A stretch of DNA of 64,000 bases from Oscillospiraceae bacterium (GTDB lineage Bacteria > Bacillota > Clostridia > Oscillospirales > UBA929), in NCBI GenBank assembly GCA_009780275.1, contig WRAI01000007.1, positions 10,883 to 74,882 on the forward strand, written 5' to 3'. This document shows, piece by piece, positions 53,936-63,979 of the stretch; position 1 is the first letter of the stretch, and every line of letters begins with the position of its first letter. The notes beneath the pieces are model-generated. The model was not told the origin of the DNA. It saw nothing but the letters and a program-made list of their open reading frames with translations, and searched no databases. The position numbers and the translations under genes were made by a program.

Positions 53936-56230
53936 TCACGACATCTCCCCATCAAGTCTCCGAATCCTCTGCTTCAACACATCACACAGCTCCGCCGCTG
54001 TCTCCATATCCTCGCTCTCACTCACCACACGCAGCGCCGCCCGCATAGTCAGCGGCGCAATCGTCACCATGCCGTTGCCGACACGTAGCCGCAGCCCTTC
54101 GCCCAATTCGGCATTTTGGCTTCGCTCAGCCAATGCCCGCATAACAGCCCCGCGATCATTGCGTAGCGGCACTTCAACAAATGACGTCGAAAATGACGGC
54201 GATTTTCTGTCATACTCAGCGAGTGTCATGTTTAATTTTGTGAGACCCGACAGCAAATAGCACGCCCGCGCGCATGCGTCATGCAGAAAAAACTGCTGCG
54301 CCAACAGCGCCCGCGCCGCGTGCCCGTCTCGTCCCAAGCGCAACAGCCGCGTATTTCTCTCTTTGGCCCACTCATCCAAACAAGCTGGCGCATCGTACGG
54401 CACAGCAATGGCGGGAATGCCGTTATCCCAAGCCATCAAGCAGCTCAATGCCAACAGTCGCCCCGGCGGCACCACCGCGCCGCGCTCATCCGAGCAGAGC
54501 AATGTCAAACCATCATCATCAAGGCTGAAAAACGGCGCGATACTGCGCGAAGACGGCGTTACACGGCAACCAATACCGATCAATGCGTGGCGCAGTATCG
54601 CCGTCGGCACAGGATGCCCGGTAACAGTCAGCATTTGCCGTGCACGGTGTTTGCCGACAACCGCTTTTAGGTAGGCCACCGACAGCCCGCTGATCGTCAC
54701 GGCAGCACCTGCCCGTTCACTGTCAGCGACAATCACCTCACCGCGTTTGACGGCGTTCTCCAACTTGCGCTCCATTTCGCGGTCGATCGGCAAACCACTG
54801 CTGTCAAACACTGACAGAATCAGCTTCAACTTCTGTTGCCGCACAAACACCGACAGCGAAAACCCGTGCAACACTGCGGCATAGGCCGCTACCGCTGCCA
54901 GCGGTGCGTCGCAATTGGCCGTCGGAACGCCCGCGCTGTTGCAGGCGCTGGACAGCAACTGCGCGTAGATCCGCGCCGATTCTCCGCCAGCATATGAAAT
55001 GCCGACGTCACCTTTAGCCGTTGCGGCAATTGCCGAGCCCAATCGCAAGCAAAAATCAGGTGTAATGTCTGCGCCGATCTCGCCAAACAGACGCCCGCTG
55101 CCGTCAAAGACAATCTCTTTGCGCACCTGGCCGGTAATCACACTGCCGCAAACCAACTCGCCGTCGCTGACCTCTTTGTTTGGCCATACACGGCTGTGCT
55201 CATGCAGCTGTGCATGTTCGCCGACAACCGAATACTCACCGACCACACTGTACTCATGCAGCTGTGCGCCGCGTTTAACCGTTGCGCCGCGGCAGATAAT
55301 GGCCCCCGTTGCCGTCACACTGTCATCAACCTTGGCGCTGTCAACGACACTGCGTTCAATTCGTGCCTCCGCGCCAACGCTGCTGCCTCCGCCGATCACG
55401 GCATATGGACCAACGATACAGCCTTCATGCAGCGTCACGTCCTCGCCGATATAGCACGGCGCGATGACAGATGCTCCGTCGGGACAATTTGACTGTGTCG
55501 GCGAGGCAAAAAGTTCAATCTTACCGTCCAGCGCGTCGTGATGACAGCGCAAATACGCTGCCGGGTCACCGATGTCGCACCAATAGCTGTTCATTTCCAA
55601 CCCGTAGACGGGCAATTTGTCGGCCAATAGGGCAGGGAAGAGGTCGCGGGCGAAATCAGCCGCTTTGCCCGCCGCAACACGGCGCAAAATCGCGGGATTA
55701 ATGATATACACACCGGTATTCACCAAATCGGAAAATACCTGCTGCCAGGACGGTTTTTCAATAAAACGCTCAATTTGCCCATCCTCCCGCAGCATCACCA
55801 ACCCGTAATCAAGCAGCTCGTCTTGCTGTTTTAGCAACAATGTCGCTGCTGCGTCTTTTTCGCGGTGAAATGCCAACGCCGCTGTTAAATCAAAATCACA
55901 CACCGCGTCACCGCTGATAATCAACAAAGCATCATCGGCCAACGCATTCGCCATCGCCGCTGCGCACCCGCCCGCCGTCCCCAGTGGATTGGTTTCGATC
56001 GCGTAACGCAATTTGACACCAAAGTCATGTCCATCGCCAAAATGATCGGTAATGACATGTGGCATAAATTTCAACGTCATCACAATGTCATCAAACCCAT
56101 GTTTGCGCAGCAGCGAAATACTGTGCTCCAGCACCGGCTTGTCAAAGAGCCTTACCATAGGTTTGGGGCGATTGCAACTGACAGGCCGCAGCCGCGACCC
56201 CTCACCGCCCGCCAAAATAACGGCTTTCAT
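53936..56230 (-). CDS. fusion protein: sugar-1-phosphate nucleotidyltransferase, left-handed beta-helix, and phosphohexomutase-like domains
   Basis: MKAVILAGGEGSRLRPVSCNRPKPMV (NTP_transferase). Hexapeptide repeats in the middle. C-terminal ~350 aa is PGM/PMM-like. Confidence 0.85.
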   Translation of the reverse strand: MKAVILAGGEGSRLRPVSCNRPKPMVRLFDKPVLEHSISLLRKHGFDDIVMTLKFMPHVITDHFGDGHDFGVKLRYAIETNPLGTAGGCAAAMANALADDALLIISGDAVCDFDLTAALAFHREKDAAATLLLKQQDELLDYGLVMLREDGQIERFIEKPSWQQVFSDLVNTGVYIINPAILRRVAAGKAADFARDLFPALLADKLPVYGLEMNSYWCDIGDPAAYLRCHHDALDGKIELFASPTQSNCPDGASVIAPCYIGEDVTLHEGCIVGPYAVIGGGSSVGAEARIERSVVDSAKVDDSVTATGAIICRGATVKRGAQLHEYSVVGEYSVVGEHAQLHEHSRVWPNKEVSDGELVCGSVITGQVRKEIVFDGSGRLFGEIGADITPDFCLRLGSAIAATAKGDVGISYAGGESARIYAQLLSSACNSAGVPTANCDAPLAAVAAYAAVLHGFSLSVFVRQQKLKLILSVFDSSGLPIDREMERKLENAVKRGEVIVADSERAGAAVTISGLSVAYLKAVVGKHRARQMLTVTGHPVPTAILRHALIGIGCRVTPSSRSIAPFFSLDDDGLTLLCSDERGAVVPPGRLLALSCLMAWDNGIPAIAVPYDAPACLDEWAKERNTRLLRLGRDGHAARALLAQQFFLHDACARACYLLSGLTKLNMTLAEYDRKSPSFSTSFVEVPLRNDRGAVMRALAERSQNAELGEGLRLRVGNGMVTIAPLTMRAALRVVSESEDMETAAELCDVLKQRIRRLDGEMS

Positions 56231-56570
56231 GCTGTTGTCCTCCTATATACTATCTATTAAGGCTGCTGAAAGTTTTTTCAACGCGACTGTCTCACGCGAT
56301 ATTCACATATTATGCCTGTCGAACCCTGTCGTTATGCAATTACAAATTTTTGATTCACCCAATTAGCCAAACCCTTGCACAAAAAGGCAAAACACTATCA
56401 AGCAGTCAATATAATAGCCAACGCGAGTGTGAGCGTTGTTGCGGTCCCGAACCAACGAGCAACGACGGGGACAAAGAGATCACCGCACCCCCATAGATTG
56501 CGACGGCGACTTCTGAAAGTATGCAACCCTTTTCGTCATAGAAAATTTCCAACAACTTGCTCAATAAGAC

Positions 56571-56599
56571 TTGCAAAAGTCGACATCATCTGATACACT
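56571..56599 (+). promoter_or_regulatory. promoter of the SLH protein gene
   Basis: TTGCAA-17 nt-TACACT, about 45 nt upstream of the ATG. RBS AAAGGGGAG. Confidence 0.5.
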
Positions 56600-56643
56600 G
56601 TCGCCAAAAGACCTAAAATACGCGATAAAGGGGAGAAAAAACC

Positions 56644-58707
56644 ATGAAAAACGCCAAACGCCGCCTCGCCCTGTTGACGGCGGCAATATTGGCATTCACA
56701 CTGCTCGCCAACTTCGGTGCGCAGGCGTTTGACGATATTGCCGACAACTCGCCCAACCAACAACGCGCCATCCACAGCCTGCGACAGATCGGCATCGTAC
56801 ATGGCGTTGACACTGGCAGCACGCGCTTTGCGCCCAATGACCCCATCTGTCGCTCGGCATTTGTCAAATTATTGTACACGGCAAGCAACAACGGCATTCA
56901 CGACAACGCCGTCAATTATCGGAGCCGCCCCAACCCCTTTGCCGATGTCAACACTACCAACTGGGCATATGGTTATTTGGTATGGGCGCTGGAAAACGGC
57001 ATCATTTCAGGCACCGGCCATGCACCCGACGGTCGCGTTATCTTCCATCCGCGCGGACAAATCCGCTTGGTCGAGGCCATGAAAGGCCTGCTGGGGCTGA
57101 TAGGCTATTGCCCGCGTCAGCTTGGGTTCAGTGGCTCGGGTTGGCGGCAGAATATTATGACCCATGGCATCAATGCCGGTCTGCGCCTGCCCGATTTTGC
57201 GCATATCGGCGATATGGACTTTATGACCCGTGCCGATGCCGTATTGCTGGCCTATGCTGCGTTTAATGTCAGCACGGTGCGCACAGTTAGCGGTGTTGTT
57301 ATGCCCAATAATGTCAACTTTCTGTACAGCGAGATCGGTATGCGGCGCGTCGAAGGCACGGTAGTTGCCAATGATGCCGTACGCCTTGTCGCCGTGCCGC
57401 AGCCTGCGGGCAGTACCGTTCTCTTTGCTGTTGACGCAAGCGGCAGTGACATCTTCGAAAACCGTGCCGGACAGTTTATTACCATTGAAAACGCCGCCAC
57501 CGACGCGTCGTTTATCGGACAGCAAGTCTTCGTCGTCGCACGGTTCAGCGATGCAAACACGGCAACCACCAACGGGCCGCCTGCCCACAACCCGCGCTAC
57601 CGCGTCACCGCAACATACAGCGTCGCGCTCAACGCCGGCAACACATCGGTCCCCGTTTATATCAATTACAGCCGCACAACATCAAACATGAATGCGACGA
57701 TACAGCGCGGCCGCCAAGCACCCTTGTATATCGCTAACCAACAAGGGCAATTCCTTACGCCTTTCAATAACATCAGCTATATCCTCGATGAGCAAGGACG
57801 CGTATTGCGCGTTCTTGCCGAAGAATGGGTATATGGCCGCGTCACACAATTGAGCGATACACACATCACCGTGCTTGGCGCCAACGACGGCGCGCTGTTA
57901 ATTGACAACCAACCCCGTGAGCGTGAGACAGACGGCCCCAAAATGCGGTTAGGCGATATAGTTTTTGCGCAAGTTATCGGCACAATAGGGGGTACCCGCC
58001 GAAATACCATGCAACTATCAGTCCCTTTTTTGGGTAATGTCAGGCAGTCCGACCCGCAAAGCGGGCGTCTGCTCATCGACAGTACTTGGCATAATTTATC
58101 GATTAACCCACAACGCTCTGCAGCCCACACCCTACAAGCCTTTTTGGACCTGACCGGCTCATGGCGCTTCACACTTGACAAAGCTGGCAACATCATCGAT
58201 TGGACACCTGAAAACCCCGCAAACGCCCAACGTGTAGGGCTCATCACTGCAACCATGACAGTCCAAGAACGTGACGGACCAGTGTGCTACGCCATCATAC
58301 AATCAAGTGACAACGTGCTACGTAGCTTGCCCGTCGCCTCCATCAACGGTGTACGGCCCACCGATGCGCACTTTGCCGCGCAGTTTAACCAACTGACGGA
58401 AAATATGCTGATAGCCTATACTATGTCCAACAACCAATGGACGCTGATAGCCTATAGTTCGCGTCTGAGCGGCTTTGATATCCATCACGCTAGTGCACGG
58501 ATTGATTTTGACGTCGCCGTAAGCAGCCGCATCACCGTAGCTGGTAATGAGTATACTGTCAATCCGCAAACGCGCTTCTTCGTGCGCCGCAACGGCGTAT
58601 GGGAGACTTTTACCGGCGCGCCGAGTTTCAACGTCAGTGGCATCGGTGAAGTACACAGTGAGAGCCGCGCGACATATGGTTATGCGCGGATTGTGGTCAT
58701 TCCCTAA
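56644..58707 (+). CDS. S-layer homology (SLH) domain-containing cell-surface protein
   Basis: Signal peptide, then three SLH-like repeats (FDDIADNSPNQQRAIHSLRQIGIVHG…, FADVNTTNWAYGYLVWALENGIISG…, …MTRADAVLLAYA). Large beta-rich C-terminal region. Confidence 0.88.
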   Translation: MKNAKRRLALLTAAILAFTLLANFGAQAFDDIADNSPNQQRAIHSLRQIGIVHGVDTGSTRFAPNDPICRSAFVKLLYTASNNGIHDNAVNYRSRPNPFADVNTTNWAYGYLVWALENGIISGTGHAPDGRVIFHPRGQIRLVEAMKGLLGLIGYCPRQLGFSGSGWRQNIMTHGINAGLRLPDFAHIGDMDFMTRADAVLLAYAAFNVSTVRTVSGVVMPNNVNFLYSEIGMRRVEGTVVANDAVRLVAVPQPAGSTVLFAVDASGSDIFENRAGQFITIENAATDASFIGQQVFVVARFSDANTATTNGPPAHNPRYRVTATYSVALNAGNTSVPVYINYSRTTSNMNATIQRGRQAPLYIANQQGQFLTPFNNISYILDEQGRVLRVLAEEWVYGRVTQLSDTHITVLGANDGALLIDNQPRERETDGPKMRLGDIVFAQVIGTIGGTRRNTMQLSVPFLGNVRQSDPQSGRLLIDSTWHNLSINPQRSAAHTLQAFLDLTGSWRFTLDKAGNIIDWTPENPANAQRVGLITATMTVQERDGPVCYAIIQSSDNVLRSLPVASINGVRPTDAHFAAQFNQLTENMLIAYTMSNNQWTLIAYSSRLSGFDIHHASARIDFDVAVSSRITVAGNEYTVNPQTRFFVRRNGVWETFTGAPSFNVSGIGEVHSESRATYGYARIVVIP

Positions 58708-58967
58708 CGAAAAATCAACTGCACCAATAGCAGCATTGCAAACCCTGGCACGCCTAGCACAGCAATGACACCAACATTGACAGCGTTGACGCCGACTGTC
58801 ATATGAAACGGCTGTCCCGCAATATTAAAAGCAATCAGCAGCACAAAGCCTGCGGTAACATTAACTAAAATCTTAATAACTGGCTTAAACGGCATATTAA
58901 ACAGACGGATCGCGGCGGCGAAAAACAGCAAAGCCAGTGCGCCATAAAGAATATATTGGGACATCAT
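58704..58967 (-). CDS. bofA: pro-sigma-K processing inhibitor BofA family protein
   Basis: 87 aa, 2 TM, …NVTAGFVLLIAFNIAGQPFHMTVGVNAVNVGVIAVLGVPGFAMLLL. GGAGG RBS before MMSQYI. Confidence 0.75.
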   Translation of the reverse strand: MMSQYILYGALALLFFAAAIRLFNMPFKPVIKILVNVTAGFVLLIAFNIAGQPFHMTVGVNAVNVGVIAVLGVPGFAMLLLVQLIFR

Positions 58968-59522
58968 AGAGACCTCCATATGTGGGCAAACATTGAACAG
59001 TCGTGCAAAGGGAATAAAGTGCAGAAAGACGGAAATACGACACACTGTGCCACGACGTGGATTTTCGTCATTTGGGTTTATTTCAATTGTTCGTGCGTCG
59101 TCGTGAAATGTAGCATTTGGAATATATGCAGCCTTAGGACGTGCCATGACAGAAAATTTTGGCAGGCGTAAAATTAGCAAATGCGGCTATACTAGCACCG
59201 GACACGAAAAGTGCTTTTTAGGCCGGTGTTTAGAAGCACCTTGCTTCTGATGAAAGGCTAAAAGCGTGCAACGGCAATCGCTTGAATGAAGTGACAAAAG
59301 TTCGGAAGGCTTGCGCTTGTTTTAGAACTTGCCGTGCGGCTCTTTCGTGTCTTAACATAAGAACTGCTGAGCAGTTGCCCGGAAAAAGTAGGAGTGTTTG
59401 AAAACTTCCGTGTAGTTGATACAGCCAACAGAGTCGAAAGATAGAAAATCAAAATTTTGCTGAATAGGAAACATCGCGAAGCGTGACAAACTAACTTTGC
59501 TATCCGTACGCCAAATTCCGAC

Positions 59523-59551
59523 TTGACCCGCCGTGCATTCAGTGGTATAAT
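59523..59551 (+). promoter_or_regulatory. promoter of the 59579 gene / punA operon
   Basis: TTGACC-17 nt-TATAAT with an extended -10 TG. AAGGAGG RBS follows. Confidence 0.65.
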
Positions 59552-59578
59552 CAACCAACGAACGAAGGAGGCTATACC

Positions 59579-59926
59579 ATGAACGACAATGTTAAGGATC
59601 TATTGGAGAAAGTTAAAGAAAAAGGCACTGCCGCGGCTGAAATTGCTGGCAAGACAGCCAGTTCCGCTGGCAAAAAGGCGGGTGAAATTTGGAGTATTAC
59701 TCGTTTGCGCATGCAGGTCTATGACCTCAATACGGAGTTAAGCAACCTTTACCGCCAGATGGGTGAAATTGTCTATACTGCGCATATTGATGTCGAGGCC
59801 GATACGTCCGACATTGAAGGCTTGCTCGAACAGGCAGAACAGAAAATCAACGCCATCAACCTGCGCCGTGAAAAAATTGAAGTACTTAAGCTCAAAGGAA
59901 AAGACGATAAAGACGATGATGAATAA
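59579..59926 (+). CDS. small coiled-coil protein with acidic C-terminus, unknown function
   Basis: 115 aa, strong RBS, heptad-like helices. Ends KGKDDKDDDE. Confidence 0.6.
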   Translation: MNDNVKDLLEKVKEKGTAAAEIAGKTASSAGKKAGEIWSITRLRMQVYDLNTELSNLYRQMGEIVYTAHIDVEADTSDIEGLLEQAEQKINAINLRREKIEVLKLKGKDDKDDDE

Positions 59927-60746
59927 ATCAATGCAACTTGTGCAAGACATGGCGCAATCACTCCGTGAACATGTCGGTGATTTTTCACCGCAAGTTGTGT
60001 TGGTGCTCGGCTCGGGATTAGGAGAATTTGCTGAGTTGGTAGAAAACGTCACCATTGTGCCCTACACAGATGTTGCGCATATGCCGCAATCGACAGCGCC
60101 GGGTCATGCCGGAAATTTTGTCTTTGGAATGCTCGAAGGCAAGCGCGTGGTGGTTATGCAAGGCCGACCGCACTACTACGAGGGGCATGATGTTGATGCC
60201 GTAGTACTGCCGTTGCGCGCTTTGCGATTGATGGGCGCAAGTGCGATGATTGTTACCAATGCGGCAGGCGGTGTGAACACTAAATATAACACTTGTGACC
60301 TAATGCTGATTGTCGATCACATTAAATTGTTTACGCCAACGCCGCTGCGGGGAGCAAATCTTGCTGAGTTTGGCACGCGGTTTCCCGATATGACATATGC
60401 CTACTCGCCGAAACTGCGTGAAATTGCGTGCAAAGTGGCGAGCGACAGGGGCATCAAATTACACGAGGGTGTGTATATGTACTTCCCGGGGCCGCAGTTT
60501 GAGACGCCCGCTGAGGTGCGCGCTGCCCGTGTTTTGGGTGCCGATGCTGTGGGCATGTCAACAGTGTACGAAGTCATCGCGGCAGTACACGCCGGATACC
60601 ACGTGATGGGCGTCTCTGTCATCAGCAATATGGCAGCGGGTGTGTTGCCTGTTAAATTGTCAGGCGACGATGTCAACGAGGCTGCCGAAGTGGCACGTCC
60701 ATATTTTGCCGAACTCATTTTAGGTTGCTTGCGGGATATGCCGTGA
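59916..60746 (+). CDS. punA: purine nucleoside phosphorylase (PNP family 2, inosine/guanosine type)
   Basis: VLGSGLG, STAPGHAGNFVFG, GRPHYYEG, TNAAGG, GPQFETPAE, GMSTVYE. Start uncertain (ATG at 59916, 59919 or 59931). Confidence 0.9.
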   Translation: MMNKSMQLVQDMAQSLREHVGDFSPQVVLVLGSGLGEFAELVENVTIVPYTDVAHMPQSTAPGHAGNFVFGMLEGKRVVVMQGRPHYYEGHDVDAVVLPLRALRLMGASAMIVTNAAGGVNTKYNTCDLMLIVDHIKLFTPTPLRGANLAEFGTRFPDMTYAYSPKLREIACKVASDRGIKLHEGVYMYFPGPQFETPAEVRAARVLGADAVGMSTVYEVIAAVHAGYHVMGVSVISNMAAGVLPVKLSGDDVNEAAEVARPYFAELILGCLRDMP

Positions 60747-62056
60747 TGGATTTATTGCTCTCAGGCGTAACTGCTGTTACGATGGGTGAGTTGCAGGTGA
60801 CAGTCGCCACGTCTAGTATACGCAACGCCTATATAGGCATTACTGACGGAAAAATCAGCCATTTGTCAGACAAGCCGCCGAGCGGACAAGCCAAACGGAC
60901 GCTACATAGGCCACACTGGGTTGTCATGCCGGGGTTGGTCAATGCGCATACGCACTTGCCAATGACGCTCTTGCGCGGATATGCTGATGATTTGCCGTTG
61001 CAGCCGTGGTTGTTTGAACACATTTTCCCTATCGAGGCAAAGATGCGGCCGCAGGACTTGGAAGTTGGCACATTGCTTGCTTTGGCAGAAGCTTTGGCAG
61101 GCGGCGTGACAAGCGTAACAGATATGTATACGCCGATAAACATTGTGCCGTGTGTGGCGCAGGTAGGCATGAAGGCCAATTCAGCGCGCGGTGTACTATG
61201 TCTCAATGATAATTGGGACTTTGAACAAGCCGATGGCGTGCGCGAAATGAAACAAGTGCTGCGTGACTGGCATGGGTATGACAACGGTCGCATTGCCATT
61301 GATGCCTGTATCCATGCCGAATACACCTCGCCGCCCGAAGCATGGCGGGATGTGGCGGCATTTGCCAAAGAGAACGAGCTCCGTTTGCAGGTTCATATTT
61401 CGGAAACAGAAAAAGAACATGTTGAGTGCATTGCGCGGCGCGGCAAAACGCCGACACAAGTTTTGGCGAAGCAGGGAATTTTTGATGTTCCTGTGACAGT
61501 CGGGCATGGCGTGTGGCTGACTAATGAGGATATGCAAATCTTAGCTGACAAGCAGGCGACAATTGCTCATTGTCCGGCAAGTAACATGAAATTGGCAAGC
61601 GGTATAGCGCGACTTGACGCTATGCAGAATGTTGGTCTGAATGTGGCGTTGGGCAGTGACGGCATGGCGAGCCACAACGCTATGGATATGTTTGCCGACA
61701 TGAAATTGGCGGCATTGTTACAAAAAGTCAACCGACGTGATGCATCGGCATTGCCTGCACACGAATGTCTGAAAATGGCAACTGCCAACGGCGCAAAATC
61801 ACAAGGACGCGAGGATGGGCAGCTTAAAATTGGTCATGACGCTGATTTGGTCATTCTCGACTTTGACAAACCGCACCTGACGCCTTGCTTCAACCCTATG
61901 AGTCATTTGGTCTACGCGACAAAGGCAAGTGATGTCGTCATGACGCTGGTACGGGGTAAAGTGCTATACGAGCAAGGTGAATTTGCAACGATTGATATGG
62001 AGCAAGTCAAGTGGCAGCTGAGAAATAGGGTGTTGCCACATTTGTACGGGAACTAA
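60746..62056 (+). CDS. mtaD: amidohydrolase, 5'-methylthioadenosine/S-adenosylhomocysteine deaminase-like
   Basis: MPGLVNAHTHLPMTLLRGYADDLPLQPWL, HISETEKE, GSDG. The ATG overlaps the punA stop (TGATG). Confidence 0.88.
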   Translation: MDLLLSGVTAVTMGELQVTVATSSIRNAYIGITDGKISHLSDKPPSGQAKRTLHRPHWVVMPGLVNAHTHLPMTLLRGYADDLPLQPWLFEHIFPIEAKMRPQDLEVGTLLALAEALAGGVTSVTDMYTPINIVPCVAQVGMKANSARGVLCLNDNWDFEQADGVREMKQVLRDWHGYDNGRIAIDACIHAEYTSPPEAWRDVAAFAKENELRLQVHISETEKEHVECIARRGKTPTQVLAKQGIFDVPVTVGHGVWLTNEDMQILADKQATIAHCPASNMKLASGIARLDAMQNVGLNVALGSDGMASHNAMDMFADMKLAALLQKVNRRDASALPAHECLKMATANGAKSQGREDGQLKIGHDADLVILDFDKPHLTPCFNPMSHLVYATKASDVVMTLVRGKVLYEQGEFATIDMEQVKWQLRNRVLPHLYGN

Positions 62057-62105
62057 ATGCTTGCAGGGGGCGTGCACAGTGCGTTCCTGTAACTAAGGGG
62101 TAAAT

Positions 62106-63866
62106 ATGGAACAACCGCAGCAAAGTAAAACAACATCATTTCTCAAAGGTGCGGCAATTATGTCTGCGGCGACAATTGTTGTACGCATCATCGGCGCGTT
62201 GTTCAAAATCCCGCTTTTTTCGATGTTTCGCACTTACGACGTGCCTGAAGCAACGTCATTTTTCACCTCGGCATATAATATCTTTGGTTTGCTTTTGATT
62301 GTTGGGACAGCGGGATTGCCTGTTGCTGTATCTAAAATGGTGTCCAGTGCGCATGAGCGGCGGCAATACAAGGATGTCATGACCATTTTTAGCGTGTCGC
62401 GCATAGTGTTTATGACGGTTGGCGGTGTATCGACGCTGTTGATGGTTATTTTTGCACCCATTATTGCCGTGTGGATTGAAGGTTCAGCCAATGCCATTCG
62501 TGCTGTTGCCCCGGGCGTGTTTTTGGTTTGCTGGATGGGGGCCTATCGCGGCACGCATCAGGGGCATGGCAACATGATGCCGACAGCGATGTCGCAACTG
62601 GTTGAGGCAACAGGAAAGCTGATATTTGGGTTGTTGCTGGTGTTCCTGGTGGTACGCGGTACATTGAGTATTTCCGGCGTGATGAGTTACGATGCCGCGT
62701 CGGCCGGTATTGCCGGCGTGACGATCGGCAGTATATTAGGCGCGTTTTTTATGGCGGGGATGTGGTACAAGCAGCGCAAACAATACACGCAGTGCATCAA
62801 TCCCGAGCAGGTGGGACGCAGCCGCAAATCCGTTCTCAACGAATTATTGCGGCTTGCCATTCCCGTGACATTGGCGGCCATTATCTTGCAGCTTGCCAAC
62901 ATCGTTGATATGAGTGTGGCCTTGCGCCGCTTGATTACGATGTACGGCGTTGACAGAGCTGGAGCGAATGCCATGTTCGCGCCTATTGCCGAATCACATC
63001 CGATTACCGGCTTTCCGCAAGGTATCGTCGTTGCTATGGCGGTCAGTCTAATCCCTGCACTGTCGTCGGCCATTGCTGCAAAAAATCGCGAAAAAGTCTA
63101 TGGTGTCGTCGGCTCGGCGTTTCATGTGTCGGCGGTGCTAATTATGCCCAGTGTGCTGGGTTTAGTTGCGCTTGGTACACCGATTATGCAATTGTTGTTC
63201 CGAAGCGGCACGCACGGTGGTGTTATTATGTCGGTAGCCGCACTGAATATTATGCCGCTGTGCATGGCATCGCTGACGAACGCTATGCTGCAAGCCATGG
63301 GAAAACCAACTATTCCGATGATCAATATGATTATTGGCGGTGTGACACGCGTCGCGGCAACCTTTATGCTGATGTCGTGGCTGGGGCCAATTAGCCCGCG
63401 GTTCGCGCTGATTGGTGCTGTTATCAGTCCCGTGATTGCCTATTTCGTGATTTTTGTGCTCAACTTAAGTGCCATTGCGCAGGTTATTCCTTGGAAACGA
63501 TTGACTGAGCCTTTTGTGCGGCCATTGCTGGCGGCATTGATTATGTCAGGCTGTGTCTACTATATCAACCGCGGCATGATGACAATATTGCCCGGTGGGC
63601 TTGACTCGCGCTTAATGACAACCATCGGTGTTGCTGTAAGCGTGGGTGTGGGTGTGCTGATTTACGGTTTGCTGGCGATTTGGTTGGGTATTGTGCGGCG
63701 GCGCGACTTTGAACGACTGCCCAAGGGGGAAAAGGTTGCCGATTTCTTTAATGTCAGTGCTGAACCGCCCAAACGACGGTTGAGCGTGGTGGCCATAGCA
63801 GCCTTGCTTGTGCTTGGCTCGATGTTGGCGGGTATGATGATATTGCCGCCGCTGTATACGATATAA
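62106..63866 (+). CDS. MOP-superfamily oligosaccharide/lipid II flippase (MurJ/SpoVB-like)
   Basis: 586 aa, about 14 TM. N-terminus FLKGAAIMSAATIVVRIIGALFKIPL is typical of SpoVB/polysaccharide biosynthesis proteins. Confidence 0.85.
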   Translation: MEQPQQSKTTSFLKGAAIMSAATIVVRIIGALFKIPLFSMFRTYDVPEATSFFTSAYNIFGLLLIVGTAGLPVAVSKMVSSAHERRQYKDVMTIFSVSRIVFMTVGGVSTLLMVIFAPIIAVWIEGSANAIRAVAPGVFLVCWMGAYRGTHQGHGNMMPTAMSQLVEATGKLIFGLLLVFLVVRGTLSISGVMSYDAASAGIAGVTIGSILGAFFMAGMWYKQRKQYTQCINPEQVGRSRKSVLNELLRLAIPVTLAAIILQLANIVDMSVALRRLITMYGVDRAGANAMFAPIAESHPITGFPQGIVVAMAVSLIPALSSAIAAKNREKVYGVVGSAFHVSAVLIMPSVLGLVALGTPIMQLLFRSGTHGGVIMSVAALNIMPLCMASLTNAMLQAMGKPTIPMINMIIGGVTRVAATFMLMSWLGPISPRFALIGAVISPVIAYFVIFVLNLSAIAQVIPWKRLTEPFVRPLLAALIMSGCVYYINRGMMTILPGGLDSRLMTTIGVAVSVGVGVLIYGLLAIWLGIVRRRDFERLPKGEKVADFFNVSAEPPKRRLSVVAIAALLVLGSMLAGMMILPPLYTI

Positions 63867-63950
63867 GAGCAATTTTAGTCTTTGTGTTAACGGATTATGG
63901 GGCGCATTTATAAAAAAATCAGTTTTTGTCAGATTTTCGCAAAAAAAGGG

Positions 63951-63979
63951 TTGCAAAAAGGAGTGAAATATGGTAATAA
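63951..63979 (+). promoter_or_regulatory. promoter-like element at the window end
   Basis: TTGCAA-17 nt-TAATAA(T) with an extended -10 TG. Its transcript would begin near AGAGAGTAGGG. Confidence 0.4.
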
